This document shows, in pieces, positions 63,401-64,000 of a stretch of DNA of 64,000 nt. The notes beneath the pieces were generated by a model. It was not told the DNA's origin. It was given only the letters and a program-made list of their open reading frames with translations, and did not search any database. Source of the stretch: Candidatus Moraniibacteriota bacterium. GTDB taxonomy: Bacteria > Patescibacteriota > Minisyncoccia > Moranbacterales > UBA11712. A program made the position numbers and the translations under genes. The DNA lies in NCBI GenBank assembly GCA_028695025.1, contig JAQVJV010000003.1, positions 637 through 64,636 on the forward strand. Reading direction: 5' to 3'. The stretch's first letter is position 1. The number at the start of each line of letters is the position of its first letter.

Positions 63401-64000
63401 ATGGTCCGCTTTTTCACGTATCGGGACAATGATGCACAGCCGGTCGATTCGGTTCAAGCAAGCCCCACCCCCGCCGAAGAAGAAAAACCGAAAATCGAGC
63501 CGTTGAAAGCGCAAGCCGTGGATAATCCGGAATACGAGCCGGTGCGCGACGAAGACATGCCGGATCTCGCCATCCCTACTGCTCACGCTTTTTCCGTCGT
63601 TGATGCCGATACGGGACAAATTCTCGCCGGAAACCACGAAGATGACCAACGGCAAATCGCCTCGCTCACCAAGATGATGACGGCGATACTCGTGATGGAG
63701 AAAATAAAAGACCTCGACAAGCCGATTGACATCGATGAAGAAGCGGTCTATGTCGAGGGAACCCGGATCGGCTGCCCCCGAAGCGGGTATTGCATCACTC
63801 CGCGGCTTAAAGTCGGCGAACAAGTTTCCGCCCGAAATCTCCTGAAAGCAATGCTTATGAACAGCGCAAACGACGCCGCCATTGCCCTCGCGAAAGACAT
63901 TTCCGGATCGCAAGAAAAATTTGCCGGCCTCATGAATGAAAAAGCGGGACAAATGGAACTTGCCAATACTCATTTTTGCACCCCTTCCGGGCTGGAAATA
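63401..64000 (+). CDS. D-alanyl-D-alanine carboxypeptidase (peptidase S11, PBP5/DacA-like); partial, continues beyond the window
   Basis: SxxK motif (IASLTKMMT), SxN motif (LMNSANDAAIALA), and a TM-like leader FLVFFLFLLVILIM immediately upstream in frame. The true start may be an upstream GTG at about 63284. Confidence 0.75.
   Translation, partial: MVRFFTYRDNDAQPVDSVQASPTPAEEEKPKIEPLKAQAVDNPEYEPVRDEDMPDLAIPTAHAFSVVDADTGQILAGNHEDDQRQIASLTKMMTAILVMEKIKDLDKPIDIDEEAVYVEGTRIGCPRSGYCITPRLKVGEQVSARNLLKAMLMNSANDAAIALAKDISGSQEKFAGLMNEKAGQMELANTHFCTPSGLEI

Overview
The window reads as a compact, AT-rich bacterial genome with weak or absent Shine-Dalgarno sequences; my inference is a Candidate Phyla Radiation (Patescibacteria)-type organism.

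Ordinary housekeeping genes are interleaved throughout:
- an F0 ATP synthase block atpZ-atpB-atpE-atpF on the minus strand (1..2078);
- three aminoacyl-tRNA synthetases: MetRS, an alpha2-type GlyRS and a type-2 IleRS;
- tatD, rsmI, tgt and recO;
- an M16 peptidase, an AI-2E transporter, a GT4 glycosyltransferase, a metallophosphoesterase, a PAP2 phosphatase and a lipoprotein;
- an RND efflux pair, an ABC/FtsX pair and the start of a DacA-like carboxypeptidase.

The outstanding region is a roughly 27-kb same-strand block (2195..29447) that encodes only very large secreted or surface proteins:
- a LamG-dockerin protein;
- a Calx-beta / pectate-lyase-fold / dockerin protein;
- an 1818-aa DUF2341 plus multi-LamG protein;
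- a membrane-anchored protein with three tandem Ig-like repeats;
- a beta-helix protein carrying a perfect internal duplication;
- a 3382-aa membrane-anchored giant with an excisionase-type HTH at the cytoplasmic N-terminus, a single TM helix, roughly 3000 aa of phage-tail-fibre-like repeats (GxGTTxP beta-helix repeats and 20-aa Phage_fiber_2-like repeats with 100%-identical internal duplications), and a C-terminal Peptidase_S74 intramolecular-chaperone (autocleaving) domain with a coiled coil.

Immediately upstream on the same strand sit a MacB/FtsX-type ABC permease and an ABC ATPase with an unusual Trp-repeat C-terminal extension. No other phage genes and no cohesin are present. I interpret the block as a domesticated tail-fibre plus dockerin surface-attachment apparatus, which would fit an episymbiotic lifestyle; this is the most interesting candidate novel system in the window.

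Secondary observations:
- in-frame low-complexity or palindromic insertions in TatD and RsmI, and a possible one in Tgt;
- a dispersed AT-rich GAATTTGAAATT-type intergenic repeat family;
- a nested-hairpin element in the recO leader;
- a small SD-led ORF interrupted by an in-frame TAA, next to two zinc-ribbon mini-proteins;
- several clear intrinsic terminators.
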